64,000 nucleotides of DNA, taken from the human T2T-CHM13v2.0 reference genome, Homo sapiens. The stretch lies in the NCBI RefSeq assembly GCF_009914755.1, contig NC_060939.1. One strand, written 5' to 3'. The first letter of the stretch is position 1. Every line of letters starts with the position of its first letter. The notes below the pieces were generated by a model, which was not told the DNA's origin, made no database searches, and saw only the letters and a program-made list of their open reading frames with translations. Below, one piece after another: positions 14,110-29,335 of this stretch. Both the position numbers and the translations under genes were made by a program.

Positions 14110-14830
14110 ATAGGTTTTAGAATCTGGCCAGTCTGCACTAGAATTCCAGCTTTGTTACCTTTTAGTTGCATGACTTAGACAAGTTACTAAATGGAGCCCC
14201 ATCTTCATCTCAGCAAGTTTTGTGGAAGCCTGAAATACGTTCAAAGCACCTGGTACACAGTTGGGTTCAAGCTGTATGGATATGAGCTATTATCTGTGTG
14301 ACCCTGAGCAAGTCACTTAAGTGAGATCTCAATGGCTTAACATTTCCATATATTAAAAAAGGTAATAAAAAAGTAAGAAATAAGAGTATTTCGTGGACTA
14401 GTTATAAGATTAAATAAGTTTAATATAGTACAGTGCTTAGAACCATGCCTTTCATATGGTGAGCCCTACCTGTTTTAAGCTATCATTATCACTATCTTTA
14501 TTAATTATTATTAGCACTCTCCCTGGGATATGCTGAAGTCTCTCCAAATTCATTTCCATCTGGAGTGATATTCTTTAAAGCTGGGCAAGACTGAGCAAAA
14601 GACACCAGGATGCTGCCTTTCTTAAAAGGATATTCCATTTAGGGGTTAAAAAAAAAAAGCTTAAAATCAGATAGGCATAGGTTCAAATCCCAGCTCTACT
14701 TAGACTAGCTCATAGGGTTGTTGTATTTTACTCTACTTTACTCCTTACAATAACTGTATTAAATAGGTACTTTGATTATCCCCAACATATAGCAGAATAG
14801 ACTGAGGCTGAGAGAGGCTCCACAGTTCAC
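14110..14830. mobile_element. Cluster of MIR fragments
   Basis: tgtgtgaccctgagcaagtcactt, ggttcaaatcccagctct, gactgaggctgagagagg. Confidence 0.6.
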
Positions 14831-15040
14831 TGCATGGCCAGGCATCCTTTTGGGTGTTCCCAAACCAAGGCAACACCACCTAGGTGTAGTTGGGGGTCCC
14901 ATGCTCCTAAGAGCATGGCAGGTGCTCATTTTCTCTGAGCCACAATGGAAGTCCTTTAATCTGGGATATCTGTGCCCCTCTCTGCTCTGTAGTTTTCTTT
15001 CTCCACTTTTGCTGTCATTCTTGGTTTTGCCAACCCATAG

Positions 15041-15383
<343 letters not shown>

Positions 15384-16884
15384 ATCTTGGTATGTTTTAA
15401 CTCAGAGATGGAGCTACCTTGTTCAATCTGCTGTAGCCACAGGATATTCCTCTACTGCCTTGTGATTGTTAGGAAACCCAACAGAAGAGCCACAGCCACA
15501 CATGTGCGTGCTTTTGTTCAATATCATGAAAACTCAAGAGAAAATCATGTCTATATCATTAGCATTTTATGACTTTTAAAAGAAAGAAAGATCTGAAGCA
15601 ATGGCAAATTGTTAACATCTATTCAATATGGGTGGTAGGCAAATGGTATGTTGTTATTCCCCGTGCTTCTCTGTGAGTCTGCAATATTCCATTAATTAAG
15701 CAAAAATAATTGTAAATTGAAAAGAGCATATCACTTTACAAGGCACAAACGAAATAAGGCTTTCCTTATAGGGTTACTACTCACAGAAGGAAAATACTTG
15801 TTACATATTGGAAAACAAGTAAACGCAGCCAAGTACTTAAATGCATAATTACCCCATAGCAGATTAGTTATTGCTGGGTATTTTTCTCAAGGTCTTAAAT
15901 ATACATGTATCTAGCTCTCTGATTTGGGACTTGATGGTCAAGCCTTTCAGAGGTCATTCTCCACAGTTAAAGGACTGGCTATAGAATGGATGAAAAGGCA
16001 TGGGGCCAAGTCTGGTGTTCACCAGGAGAAGCTGAATGACCATATGTCAGGAGGCCATACAGAGTGACATTTGTCACCTTGGGGAATTATAGCCCCTCCC
16101 TCTCCCAGGCTAAGAAGCATGTTGATCAGCCTCCTGAGAGGGATTTCTTGTCTCAAGAGCAGACTTACTTTAACCAAGCTTACAAGACTGATGAATAAAA
16201 TCAGAATGCCAGTATATTGTTCTACAATGAGAAATCTGTCATGGAGGTGGCATACTGAATTCCTACAGGGAAACCTACATTGAAAATCAAATTATAATCA
16301 CAAGTTTGCATGACTAGCACAGCACGAAAAAAGAGAAATTTAAGCTACCTCTCCTAAATATTAATAAATATTAATAAATATTAATATTAATTAATTAATA
16401 ATTGATTAATAATTAATCAAGCTATAATAGCCCAATGCATTCATCTCCATATATGGGAAAGATCTGCCAATAGGAACAACACACAAAAAACTCCACTGAC
16501 CAAAATTCTCTCTCCTCTAGTTGGTACCTAATGGACACTGCCAAAGTTTGCCCCTGGGACTCTCATATTTCTATGCTTTAATAGCCATCAAACCCCTCTT
16601 TGAATTGAGACTTTCTTTCATTAAATGTGCTGGTAAACTCAATCATACAACAGGTCTTATAGGCCACATATCACCTACAGAAACAACTCTACCAGTTTTC
16701 TATCTTAGAGCTTATAAAAGATTCCAGGTAGCAACTTACACAGAGTCATAGAAGAATAAGATCTTTATGAAGGCCCATGATGTAATTCATGAAGTTGTTC
16801 ACCACTGTAGCTTACAACAGTGCCAGTCACTTAGTAGACATTCCATAAATATTCCTTACATCAATGAAAAAAATCCTCACTTAA

Positions 16885-17414
<530 letters not shown>

Positions 17415-17992
17415 GTTTTTAACTTCTGGGACACGTGCAGAATGTGCAGGTTTGTTACATAGGTATACACGTGCCATGGTGGTTTGCTGCACCCATCAGC
17501 CCGTCATCTACATTAGGTATTTCTCCTAATGCTATCCCTCCCCTAGCTCCCTAGGCCCTGACAGGCTCTGCTGTGTGATGTTCCTCTCCCTGAGTCCATG
17601 TATTCTCATTGTTCGACTCCCACTTAAGAGTGACAACATGCAGTGTTTGGTTTTCTGTTCCTGTGTTAGTTTGCTGAGAATGATGGTTTCCAACTTCATC
17701 CACATCCTTGCAAAGGACATGAACTCATTCTTTTTTATAGGTGCATAGCATTCCATGGTGAATATGTGCCACATTTTCTTTATCCAGTCTATGCCCAAAT
17801 CATGGGCATTTAGGTTGGTTCCAGGTCCTTGCTATTGAGAACAGTGTTGCAATAAACATACATGTGCATGTGTCTTTATAGTAAAATTATTTATAATCCT
17901 TTGGGTATATACCCAGTAATGGGATTGCTGGGTCAAATAGTATTTCTGGTTCTAGATCCCTGAGGAATTGCCACACTGTCTTCCAGAATGGT
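17415..17992 (-). mobile_element. 5'-truncated L1PA 3' end (PA6-8-like)
   Basis: L1PA 3' UTR and ORF2 C-terminus (DWIKKMWHIFTMECY...). Confidence 0.92.
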
Positions 17993-18437
17993 GGGAGTGG
18001 AACTTTATCTTACATATATTTTTCCACATTCAGCCTGAGTTGCTTAGAGAAAATCCCTCAAATGCCATTCATCAACCACTAGCTAACGTCACTACATCCA
18101 TCACTAAGTGCTACCAAAAAGGTCCATTTTCATATTATTCCTATGGATTCTACTAACCAAATGGGTACCAAAATGAGCTAAACATCAATTCTTGAGAAAG
18201 AAGAGATTTTATCATCTTCCCATGACAATAAAGCATACCAACTACTCTTAGTGGGAGAGAAATATGTTTGTAAACATTACTAAGATCTGTATTTATGGAA
18301 ATATATGTCACCTTGCTGTCAAAATGGGCCAATGAAGAAAGTTTTTGGTGAAGTCATAAAGTTCTAGAAGACATGCATCCCACTGTCTTTAGGTAAGACC
18401 TATCCTAGTACGTATGTGTTATGTGTGTTTCACTTAC

Positions 18438-18496
18438 CGCATACTGGAACTTTTCATTATATTCACGGTCATTGGCTTTCACTATCCGTTCCACTT
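18438..18496 (-). CDS. ATP8B4: ATP8B4 second coding exon, 59 nt, (E)VERIVKANDREYNEKFQYA
   Basis: ttctctctctttag|AA GTG GAA CGG ATA GTG AAA GCC AAT GAC CGT GAA TAT AAT GAA AAG TTC CAG TAT GCG|gtaagtg. This is the ATP8B-family segment that precedes DNxIxTSKY. I did not find the next exon in the window. Confidence 0.96.
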
Positions 18497-20522
18497 CTAA
18501 AGAGAGAGAAATCAAGTATGAAATTAAATTGTAGGCCCAGAGAAACAAATAACTCATTAAAACAACAAGACTTAGGTTGCTTTGTTGTTAAGGCTGCAAG
18601 AATTCTTTTCTTTCAAATTTGAAGGTATTGGCTTTTTCCAGTGTACATGTTGGAACATGTGTTGTAAAGTCCCAAAATGGAAAGCTACAATGTTTCTCAT
18701 TGTCCTCCTGATGCCAACCATAAAGCAAAACATTATGTGTCTCCAATTTCTATGTATCTTCAGCACCACAAAGACCCTTTCTCTTAACTTCAAGTGGTTC
18801 CTAAGAGAAGGAGCTGACAAAGTCAAATGCATCCTGGCAAGGAATGCTTTGTGGGGTTTGTTGCTACAAAGTCACAAAATATAACATAGCCAAAAATAAA
18901 CCATACAGAAGTGGCCAGTGAGGTCACTGACCTTATGGTCTTAGAACCAAAGGTGATATCTGTAAGCAGCCCAGGCATATTAAGAGGAATGACACATAAT
19001 CAGGAGACTGAGAGCTGCCCTTAGCTGGAAGTGACCAAAGAATAAAATCTCTTCTGAAAGCAAATGCAAACACCAGTACAAATAATAATATAAAAAGGAC
19101 AATAAACCTAAAGATTATGACAGTGCAGAATAAAAATTTGCAGAGGGCAAGATAAGACAGTGCCCCAGAAACACCGGCAGAACAAGTTTAGTAGTAAGGG
19201 TAGCAAGCTCTTGCTCCATGTTTACTGAAGAGGTACTTCCAGAGTTGACCAAAGATTTAGGATGGAATGATGAAAGCTATGAGAAAAGAGTCAGCAAGGT
19301 AACCACCAGATGTCAATGCTGGATTCTCATGGCGAGTGACTTGACCCTCTCACCATTAAATTCCCTTAATCCCATAATTCTCCAACTGGGTAGGTGACAG
19401 GTGGTAAAAGGTGGAGGGATTGCAGTAAGAGTCTGAGTTTAGAGAAGGCACTTACAACCAGAGATAAAGGAGACTGGATGGTGGAAAGTAACTTGGAGAC
19501 ACGTGTTGGGGATGGAGGAGGGAAGAGCAAAAGAAAAGTGAAAAGAAGAGCTGGAAGCAGAAGGGAGATGAGGAAAATGAGGGAGATGAAGAGGGAGAGA
19601 AGGAAGGAAGGAATATATTTCAGCACCCACCTCTTGCATGCCAGGCACCATGAATTGTAAGAACAAATTTTTTCCAAAAGTGCAGGCAGAATCTCTCTGT
19701 AGCCCTGGTGGTTCAACTCCCAAGACTGAAGGTCACCTCTAAGGACTGCTCCTGACAAATGACACTCTGTCTTTGGTTATGACTGGGTTTCTACCATTTG
19801 TAGGGTGTTTTGTCTGTCCAGTAACCACCTGCATGGTTTCCCTCTTGCCTATCTAATAAAGCCAGGTCTCTGTGATGGTTCCTGTTTTCTAGTCCGGCTC
19901 AACTAACTGCTGATAAGAACAATATTGGACTGGTGTCAACAGTTGATGATACCTAAATGGGTTTGCTCCTAACCTATAACTTTGAAATCCAGAATCCACC
20001 AGGAAGCAACCTCTCAACCACCCACCCACCTGAAGGAAACACCTCAAACCCTGGCTAAAAAGCACCATCCTGTCTTTCTTGCTGATGCCCCAACAAAGAA
20101 TTAAAACATCAAATCCCAAAGTGGTACTTTGAAAGGTGTGGGAACCTAAATGCTTAAAAAGCTAGAAACTTATTTATATAACATCACCATAACCCAGAAG
20201 TAGTAAAATTGCTGACAGGAAAGCAAAAAAATGTTACTGGGATGGTAGGAGCGAGGGCTCTTCCTGCATGGCAAAAGGTTAACCTGGACCACTGGTATGC
20301 TGCATGTAATTAATAGATTATAGCAGCAAAACAAAAATCAGATATATTAATTATATATTAATTGGCTTTAGCTTGTTTCATATACATTCAGATGATGATC
20401 CTTCTAAAATTTCACATTTATATGAAGCACATCCAAGAGTAGAATTCTATAGTTCTGTACCTAATTTTACCCACTCCAAACACCAGAATCTTGACTCTGT
20501 GAGCCACACAGAAACCATCCTG

Positions 20523-20879
<357 letters not shown>

Positions 20880-22489
20880 CTAGCCCATTCCCAAAGCAGC
20901 CAAGTAGTTTCTATGGTAGGTCAGTTTGGATCTTCTTTCAGGTATCCAAATTGCTCTCATCCCCCAAAACCTGATTAGAGCCAGGAAGCCCACTTTTGTT
21001 TCTAAATCCTTCTTAATAAGTCTTAATCGTTGTGTCTGTTACTTCTACTAATTATCATCTTTCTGAACTAAGTCTTCCTGGATTAATTCTGGCAGAAAAT
21101 TTAGCATCCCTTCATTAAGTTCTGCAAAATACTGGCTTTGGTTCTAAATTGCTACAGTTTTCTGTCTTTAACCTGACTATGCTACACCTGAATTATCTTT
21201 GCAGGAATTAACTTTCTTCTCTGTGCTACCACAGTGTATGAGGGGATATAAAGACCTTTTGGCAATAAATCACATCCTGGAAAAAAAGGACGCTGAAAAC
21301 AAATCCCCCATAACTATTCCCATTGAGAAAGGCTCAGAGGTTCAATGACCTAATGCCTGATACTTCATAGGCATCATGGGATCCTTCCATATGTAAGAGG
21401 AATGAAAGGAAACTAGTCACCAAGGGGTTGATGATTTACCAGTGTGAACTCACACCTGCACAATTATCACTGAATTTGTCCAGTTCCAGAAAGGAGTAAG
21501 GCAATATATAAGGATGTATAAAATATAGTAAGCCAGCATGTTTAAAGTGGACTAAAAGAGCTAAAAGAGCTTCTGGTTTAAGATAGCAAGTTGAGTCTGT
21601 CTTTTTCCTCCCTTCTTTCTCAGGTCCCTCTGAAATTACAGAAAACATTTTTTAAGATTGAAAACATAACAGTGCTGGAAAACAAGAGTAGTGGCTAGCA
21701 GAGGTTCATAAATTTTGAAGAAAGCCTAGAGAATAAAATAGAAAGCAGATGAGATCATTTTGACTGGGAGAAAAAAGATAGAAATAACTCTAGCCAAAAG
21801 AATTAGAGAGTGATCTTCCCAATGAGCCCAGAGCAGCTCTAAATTCAGAGTCAGTAAATATGAAGATTGAGAGTATGTTATGGACAGGGTGACAGGCCCA
21901 GGTTATGCCTATTATCTTGTCAAAATAATTGATAGGTTCCCCTTTTATTCTCAAAAGTGTCTCCATTTGATGATAAATTATATTACCACCTTAGAGTAAT
22001 TAAAAAAATAACTGAACCAGTTGGGATCTCCCACACCCCCTTCTTTGCCCACAAAGAGAGCAGACAACACGTCAGGGAAGGAAACCAAGGGTGGGTATTC
22101 AGGCCTGAGAAGGAAGAGCTCTGCCCCTCTACAGCAGCTATAGCCAACTTGGCCCCTAGTAAAGCCTGCCTGACTGGGGCCATTGTGGGATTTGCCAGAC
22201 TGCCTGACTAACACACACAGAAAAGCCTCTGTCAGCAGGCTGCTCACTCCTGTTCAAAGGAGAGGCCTGGCAGAGAAAAAGACCCTGGCGATGGCACTAA
22301 TCTATCTAGTCCTTTATTTATAAATACAAACCAGTAACAGCTGAGAAAAACCAAGAGCACAAAAAAGAGGGATCCAACAGGAAGAAATAATGCTGAATAC
22401 AGGTAGAAAAAGGGGATTGGTTTCTCTTTTTAATTCTGATTAGTGCCTTGAATATATATACATAGATATATAGGTTTTTTAGAGATGCT

Positions 22490-22655
22490 CTTTTTTTTTT
22501 TGAGATTGTGCCACTGCATACCACTCTGTCACCCAGGCTGGTATGCAGTGGCACAATTGTAGTTCACTGCAGTCTCGAACTCCTGGGTTCAAACAGTCCT
22601 CTCACCACAACCTCCTGAATAGCTGGGACTGCAAGCATGAGCCACCATACCCAGC
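22490..22655 (-). mobile_element. Alu right-arm monomer (FRAM-like)
   Basis: Single monomer with poly-T; contains a local inverted duplication (see findings). Confidence 0.8.
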
Positions 22656-22659
22656 ACCT

Positions 22660-23280
22660 CAAAGATATTTAAGAAGACATGGCATCCATGAAACAAGAAC
22701 AAGCTAATATAAACAAAGAAAACAGAGAACAAGAAAAAGTCCCTAGAAATTAAAAATATTAACTGGACACACTGGAGAGTAGAATGGACAAGACGAAAGA
22801 ACAGATTGGATAAATCTCACAAAATATATATCAAAATGACAAACAGGAGGAAAATGTGAAAAAAAAAACTTAGGATAAGGGAACATAGACAATGGATAGG
22901 TAAAAACAATCAAGTAAATAGAAGAAAACTGCCCTGCTCCAGAGTAAGATGTAACTCTTCAAAGTGAAAGGGCCACCAAGTACCAATCAGGATGAATGAA
23001 AATGAACCCACAAACCTTCATAAAATTTTGAGCTCCAAGGACAAGCAGATAATCCCAAAAACTTCCAAAAGAAAAAAAAATGGTTAGCCTGAAACATAAG
23101 AATCAGACCAATATGACATTTCTCATCAGCAATAAGGATGCTAGAAGACATTGGAGTGATTATTTTCAGTTTTAAAGAAAAATATTTTGAAACTTAGAAT
23201 TCTATACCGAGCCAAATAATCAAGTGTGAAGGGGAAATAAAGACATCTCTGCAAAAGTGTTTACAGACAACGACCATCTA
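22660..23280 (+). mobile_element. Ancient L1M ORF1 remnant
   Basis: ttctcatcagcaa...ctagaagacattgg...ttagaattctatacc.agccaaa motifs. Confidence 0.65.
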
Positions 23281-23309
23281 CAAAACAGCTACTCAAGAAT
23301 GTACAACAG

Positions 23310-23560
23310 TAAGACCTACTATTTGACAGCAAACCAGGTGACTATAGTCAATAATAACTTAATTGTACACTTAAAAATAACTAAAAGTATAATTGGATTG
23401 TTTCTAATACAAAGGAAAATGTTTGAGGGGATGGATACCCCATTTTACATGACATGATTATTATATACTCCATGTCTGTACCAAAATATCTAATGTATAA
23501 CCCATAAATAGATATACCTACTATGTACTCACAAAAATTAAAATAAAAAATTTTACAAAA
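23310..23560 (+). mobile_element. L1MA 3' end
   Basis: L1MA 3' UTR; perfect 15-bp TSD AAGAATGTACAACAG (23295-23309 / 23561-23575). Confidence 0.88.
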
Positions 23561-24908
23561 AAGAATGTACAACAGGAAAAATACTTGTTTAAATGTTTAA
23601 AGTACAGTAGGGTGGAAGAAGACACAGAAGGAAGAATGATAATCAACCAGAGTCAAGAATGATAATAAAAATAGCTAATCCAATGACCCACACACCTGAT
23701 CCAGGTGTGCCACAAATGCCACAGAATAAAGGAATGCTTGTCTATTGCCATTTATTTTACAAAGTCTGTGAGGTAATAAAGTCAATTTATCAGTAAAAGT
23801 ACAATTATTAGTAGTTCTGGTAGGTAATAATAAATCAATTTCTCAGGAAAAGTACAATTACTAGTAATTCTTGCCTCAGGCATTAATTTACCTTAGAAAT
23901 CCTCATAAGGAAGTCATTGTTTGATATAAAGAACATAAAATAAGGTTTTTGTAACAACCCTAAGGATATTATCTCAGGACACAATTCAGAGGGGTCTATG
24001 ATGGGGTCTCTGTACTCATTCTCTGTTGATCTGATTAAATCCAGGAATATATTTTGGGATATTTGAATGAATGCATAAGCTATGTGTTCGTTGACTAATC
24101 ATTCTTATTTCTATCAACTTCACTGTAATAAATACTATGTGACCATGAACTTGAGATTGAACTTCCTGGAACATACCTGGAATGCTGCTACACCGTATTG
24201 CTGGCTGAGTACAAGACCCGAAAGAAGATCAAGTTGGTAATAGCATTTGCATCATTTTTTGACACCTGAGGAGCCTAACAGAAACATGTGCCTGGATAGG
24301 AAGGAAGCCATCCTTTGTCATTCTAGTGATCCAAGATAACAGCCATCAGCAGAGGCAGAAATCTCTTAGACATTTGTTTTGAATCTGCTCCAGAATATAG
24401 AAAAATAGATAAGTAAGCCTTCAAAGTGCTACTCCATATAGGATGACGATAATAACCTTAAATCCCCCAAAATCATAAAATCCAATATAATTTGATGCCT
24501 TCCTCAACCAAATAGGATAGCAATTAAGCACTCATTGGATGCTTGTCTTTGAGCCATGTACTTCCAGTTATATTCTCCAAGATAATTAAATGAGAATACC
24601 TCATTTATTTTAGGAAGTAAACATTTATAAATCAGTTAAATATTAGGGAACATTTATCAAAAAGAATAACCCAGTTTCAGAATAATTAATCTATAGCTCC
24701 CTACTTCCCTGCAAAAAAAGAATTATCTCATAGGGCTGATGGTTTGTTAAAGTCGCTCCTGGTTTATGATTAAAAACAAAACTATATCCACTTATGCTTG
24801 TCTTTCCATTTGGAAAGGAAAGATACAGACAGAACATCCAAAAGTGTAATCAGATCACTAAGAAACAAGTTTAAAAGATGAGAGGGACATAATACTATCT
24901 TGCTAGAA

Positions 24909-25043
24909 TTTTTTTTTTTAATAAGTAGAGACAGGGTCTCACTATGTTGCTTAGGCTGGTCCCGAACTCCTGGCCTCAAACAATCCTCCCACCTTGGCCT
25001 CCTAAAGTGCTGGAATTACAGGCATGAACCACCATGTCTGGCC
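24909..25043 (-). mobile_element. Alu monomer (FLAM-like)
   Basis: Monomer; TSD TGCTAGAA. Confidence 0.85.
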
Positions 25044-25142
25044 CCCTGCTAGAAATTTTTAAGTTCAATTAAGGTGTTGTTCCCCTGTTAGGAAGATTTT
25101 TAGGACCCATAAAAATGAGAGTTTAATGAAAGAGTCCTCATG

Positions 25143-25530
<388 letters not shown>

Positions 25531-27049
25531 TCATACCTCTCCTTACTTATGGTTTCTCAGTAAAATAATGCCACTGTGTGTTATAATCATTTAATGAGGA
25601 AATATATGGAAAATACATTGTAAACAGAAAAATACCAGAAAAATCCTTTTTTAAAAAACTGAAAAATAGTAAATGGGCAAAAAAGGAAATCACTCAAGCT
25701 TGAATAGTCAGTCTTAAAGTTGCTAATATGATTATTTCCCAAGAAGATCTTGAAGTAATTTTTTTAATATTTTCAATGGAAATTGGCAAATGCCCATTGA
25801 TTCTACTCCAGGTCCTCAAAGGCAACACCCAACTCCTAATCTGGCCTCTTCTCAATCATAATATAATAAATTATACATTATCCAACTTCCACTTCCAGTA
25901 GGCAAAAGAAAACAGGCCATTTACAACCTCTTCCTAAAAATCAGTTTGTGAACAATTTGTAACACCTTAGTATTTAAGATTAGGTAGTGAACGCATGAGG
26001 TCTGCTAATAAGAGCAAGAGTAAAGGGAAGAGTTAGCAAGTTTCCACTAGACCCACGAGCGATCACAGCAAGTATGAATCCCTAATTAACAAATACAACA
26101 GTCTTTCTTTAATTAACTCCAGAGCATTTTGTCCTTCACCAAATGTGGTTTAGAAAACAGCCTCAGGCACTTGGCTGTAGACCCTCAAAATCATGAAATG
26201 ATGAAGCACCATGGAGCATTCGGGGTCCCTATATAGAACTCAGTGATAAAGACTGATATTTCCTGAGCAAGACTGGTACTGATCCAAAAGCTGAAGAATG
26301 TCTCCAAACATGAAGTGTCATTTGGGGTTTAGGGTGATTGTGGGTTTTTTGGGGTTGGGTCAGAAATCTCTGAAAAATTTCCTCAAGCTAAATCAATAAC
26401 TTAAGCTTCTTCCTTTCCTAATTTTCTTTCATTCTTCATAATCTGGTCCATGTAGTTGGAAGCCAAAGCAATTCATTAAAGACATGAGGAAAGAACAATG
26501 AGTGGGGAGAGCTTTAAAGAAAAGGAGTCCCTCAGCCTCCAAGATTTCCTGAGTTGACTCCAAGAACACATTCTGATACAATTGAAAAATGTGTCCCCAG
26601 TTGGGGTTTCCTATTGAAACCCAGTGGTGACCTGCAGCTTCTGGAACTTATTGACATTTAAGCAGAAAACCAAAGAGAATAGAAGGAAAAAAAAACCTTC
26701 CCACAATTTTTTTACGCTTTCCTCACAAGAGAGCTTGGAAACAAAGTTAGGGGAGTCAAACAAATACTAAAGGGCCTTGGGTTTGTTTTTCTCTTGGCTG
26801 AGCCAATTTGCTCATCAGATCCAGATAGTTGGAAAATTTGATTTGAGAACTTTATTCCTTCCAGGGCTCACTATAGCTTCACAAAGAAATGTAAAATTTT
26901 TACCAATTCATTATTCATTCCTCTTCTAGGATACATGAACTGGATTATACAAATTACACATAAAATTAATAAAATATCCATATAAACCCTCAGCATGTAG
27001 CTTTCCATAAGTAAAGATTCATGACTAGAGATTTAAGACTTATTATGAT

Positions 27050-27250
27050 AATGATAATAGTAATAGCTAACATTAATTGAGCACTTATTACAAGCTAGAT
27101 ACTACATGAAGTGTTTCACACACATTATTTTATTAATCCTCAGAACAATCCCATTAGGTACATGCTGTTATCAGCCCTACTTTACAGGGGAAGAAACAGA
27201 GTCCTAGCAAGATTATGCGGTAAAGTCAGAATGCAAACACAGAACTGCCT
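27050..27250 (-). mobile_element. MIR
   Basis: aatagctaacatt..ttgagcactta...ttttacagggg.agaaacagag. Confidence 0.65.
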
Positions 27251-28867
27251 CCCTTATAAAAGAAACTCGGAGGAGATTCTAGATATAAGGAGATGGTGGT
27301 GGTACAGTGCATAGATGACTGGGAAACTGCAAATTGGTGTGTGCCTTGGTCCAAAGGTCAAAGAGAGGGGGAAGAGCCCTCTCATCAAATGCAATACTCC
27401 AGATGTACATCAAATCACACACCCCATCCCAAACAACCTCGTGGCCCAGTCACTTCCCATGCTTCATCATCTCCAGGGTTGGTCTCTGCTGCACTGGGAA
27501 GGCCTTCCTGTAGTGCGTGTTTCCTCTCTCCTTGGAGACTTTGGGCAGTTCACTAAGAATACTCCTGTTCAAAACTGACTGTTTTCTTTGAAACTTTTCT
27601 TATATGTGCCTGTTCTAATCTGTTCTTTTCTATCTACATTCTTTTACAATTAGATTATCTATAGCAAAAAAAATGCATTTTTATGGACTGGACCATACAG
27701 AATGCTTTCTCTAAAGATGAGAAATAGTCATTTCTTTCTTTCTGTATCATCTCTACTCAAAGAAAAAAAAATCAGCATCTGCCCCAAAGATTATAAGAGC
27801 CTAGAAGCCAGAGGGCATTTAATTTTCCTCTGTGAAACACAGGCTGGCCACCTAAGGGTTGGCCAAGAAAGCCTCCTGTCATAAAATGAGAGGAAATAAC
27901 TCCAGGCATAAAAGAAAGACAGGCAAGAAAGAGCTCTGAAGAGAGCACTTCTCTGCTTGATACCTCAGGGGTTGCACAGGAAGCTTTCAATTCGTGTTTG
28001 TCACTTTAAGATGCATGAAGCTATAAACTGAGTTTCTTTAATACGTATTGGTTTCTGCATCTCAGCTCCCTGAATCCATATGGCAATTAATTTACTAGAG
28101 CCAAGGGAAAGTGATTTATCCCAAAAATATTTATTGAGCTCGTTTGAGCAAGGCTAATAGAGCTGCTCATCTAGCTAGAATAGCTAGTCAGCAAAGACAA
28201 AACAAAGACAAACAAGACAATGATTGCCTTCAAAGTGTTTTCATGCCCACAGATATGTGCACAGCAAGGATGCAGAAGACAGGCCAGAGAGCCACAGCAA
28301 CTGGAGAAAAGGAACATCACATCCAGACGGGTGGCCAAAAAGCATCCCTGCCTGTCCCAGGCAGCTCTGAAGGGAGCTTACGTAGCCATATACAAACCAT
28401 GGAGTGTGCAGGGTTATTTTGCCAGGCACCTGACCCAGACTACACCACCGTGATGTAACGAAAAGGAATTTGGTGGAGGCGGTCTGCCATCTAAGACGGG
28501 GTAAAAAACATGGACACTAAAAGAGGACATCACCACAGTCTCATCTCAGCTGTTCCTTCTAATATCAGTCCAAGTGTGAAAAGACCAACAAAAAAATAGG
28601 AGCCTCACTTTATTTACCTATTCATGACACATTCAGGTAATAAGGCTTTAAAAAGAGATACAAGGGGGCCAGGATTTGAGGCAGAAAAGAAAGGTGGTAA
28701 ATGCTCAGAATCGGCCACTTCTCAGGCCTCCTCTGCACACACCCTGGTCCAAGCCACCATCCTCGAGGCCCAGGCTACTGCAACAGCCTCCCCTCTGGTC
28801 TCAATGCTTCTGCCCCTTCGCCCTACCATCTATTCTCAACGAGCAGCCAGAATGCTTCTTTCAGAAT

Positions 28868-29335
28868 TCTATCAGTTTTCCACTGCTGCTCTAACAAATT
28901 ACCATGAATTTAGTGGCATAAGACAACATAAACATTATCTTACAGTTCTGAAAGTCAGCAGTCTGAAAAAGGTCTTACAGGGCTAAAATTAAGGTGTCAG
29001 CAGGGCTGAGTTCCTTCTAGAGATCCTAGGGAAGAATGTGTTTCTTGACTTTCCAGCTTCTAAAAGCTGCCCACGTCCCTTGGCTCATGGCCCACAGCAG
29101 TCCAACCTCTGCTTTCGTTGTCACATCTCATTCTCTGCCCTTGACCCTCCTGCCTCCCTCTGATAAGGATCCCTGCAAATTACACTGGGCCTACCTCCAT
29201 CATTCAGGATATTCTCACCACCCTCAAGATCCCTTCACTTAAGCACATCCACAAAGTTCCTTTTGCCTTGTAAGGTAATGTATTCACAGGTTCTGGGACG
29301 TCATTGGGGCAAGGGGTATTATTTTGCCTACCGCA
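28868..29335 (-). mobile_element. MLT1 (C/D-like) LTR inserted into an L2 (~28700-29540)
   Basis: aacaaattacca...cttacagttctg...aaggtgtcagcagggctg...tattcacaggttctggg. Confidence 0.8.
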
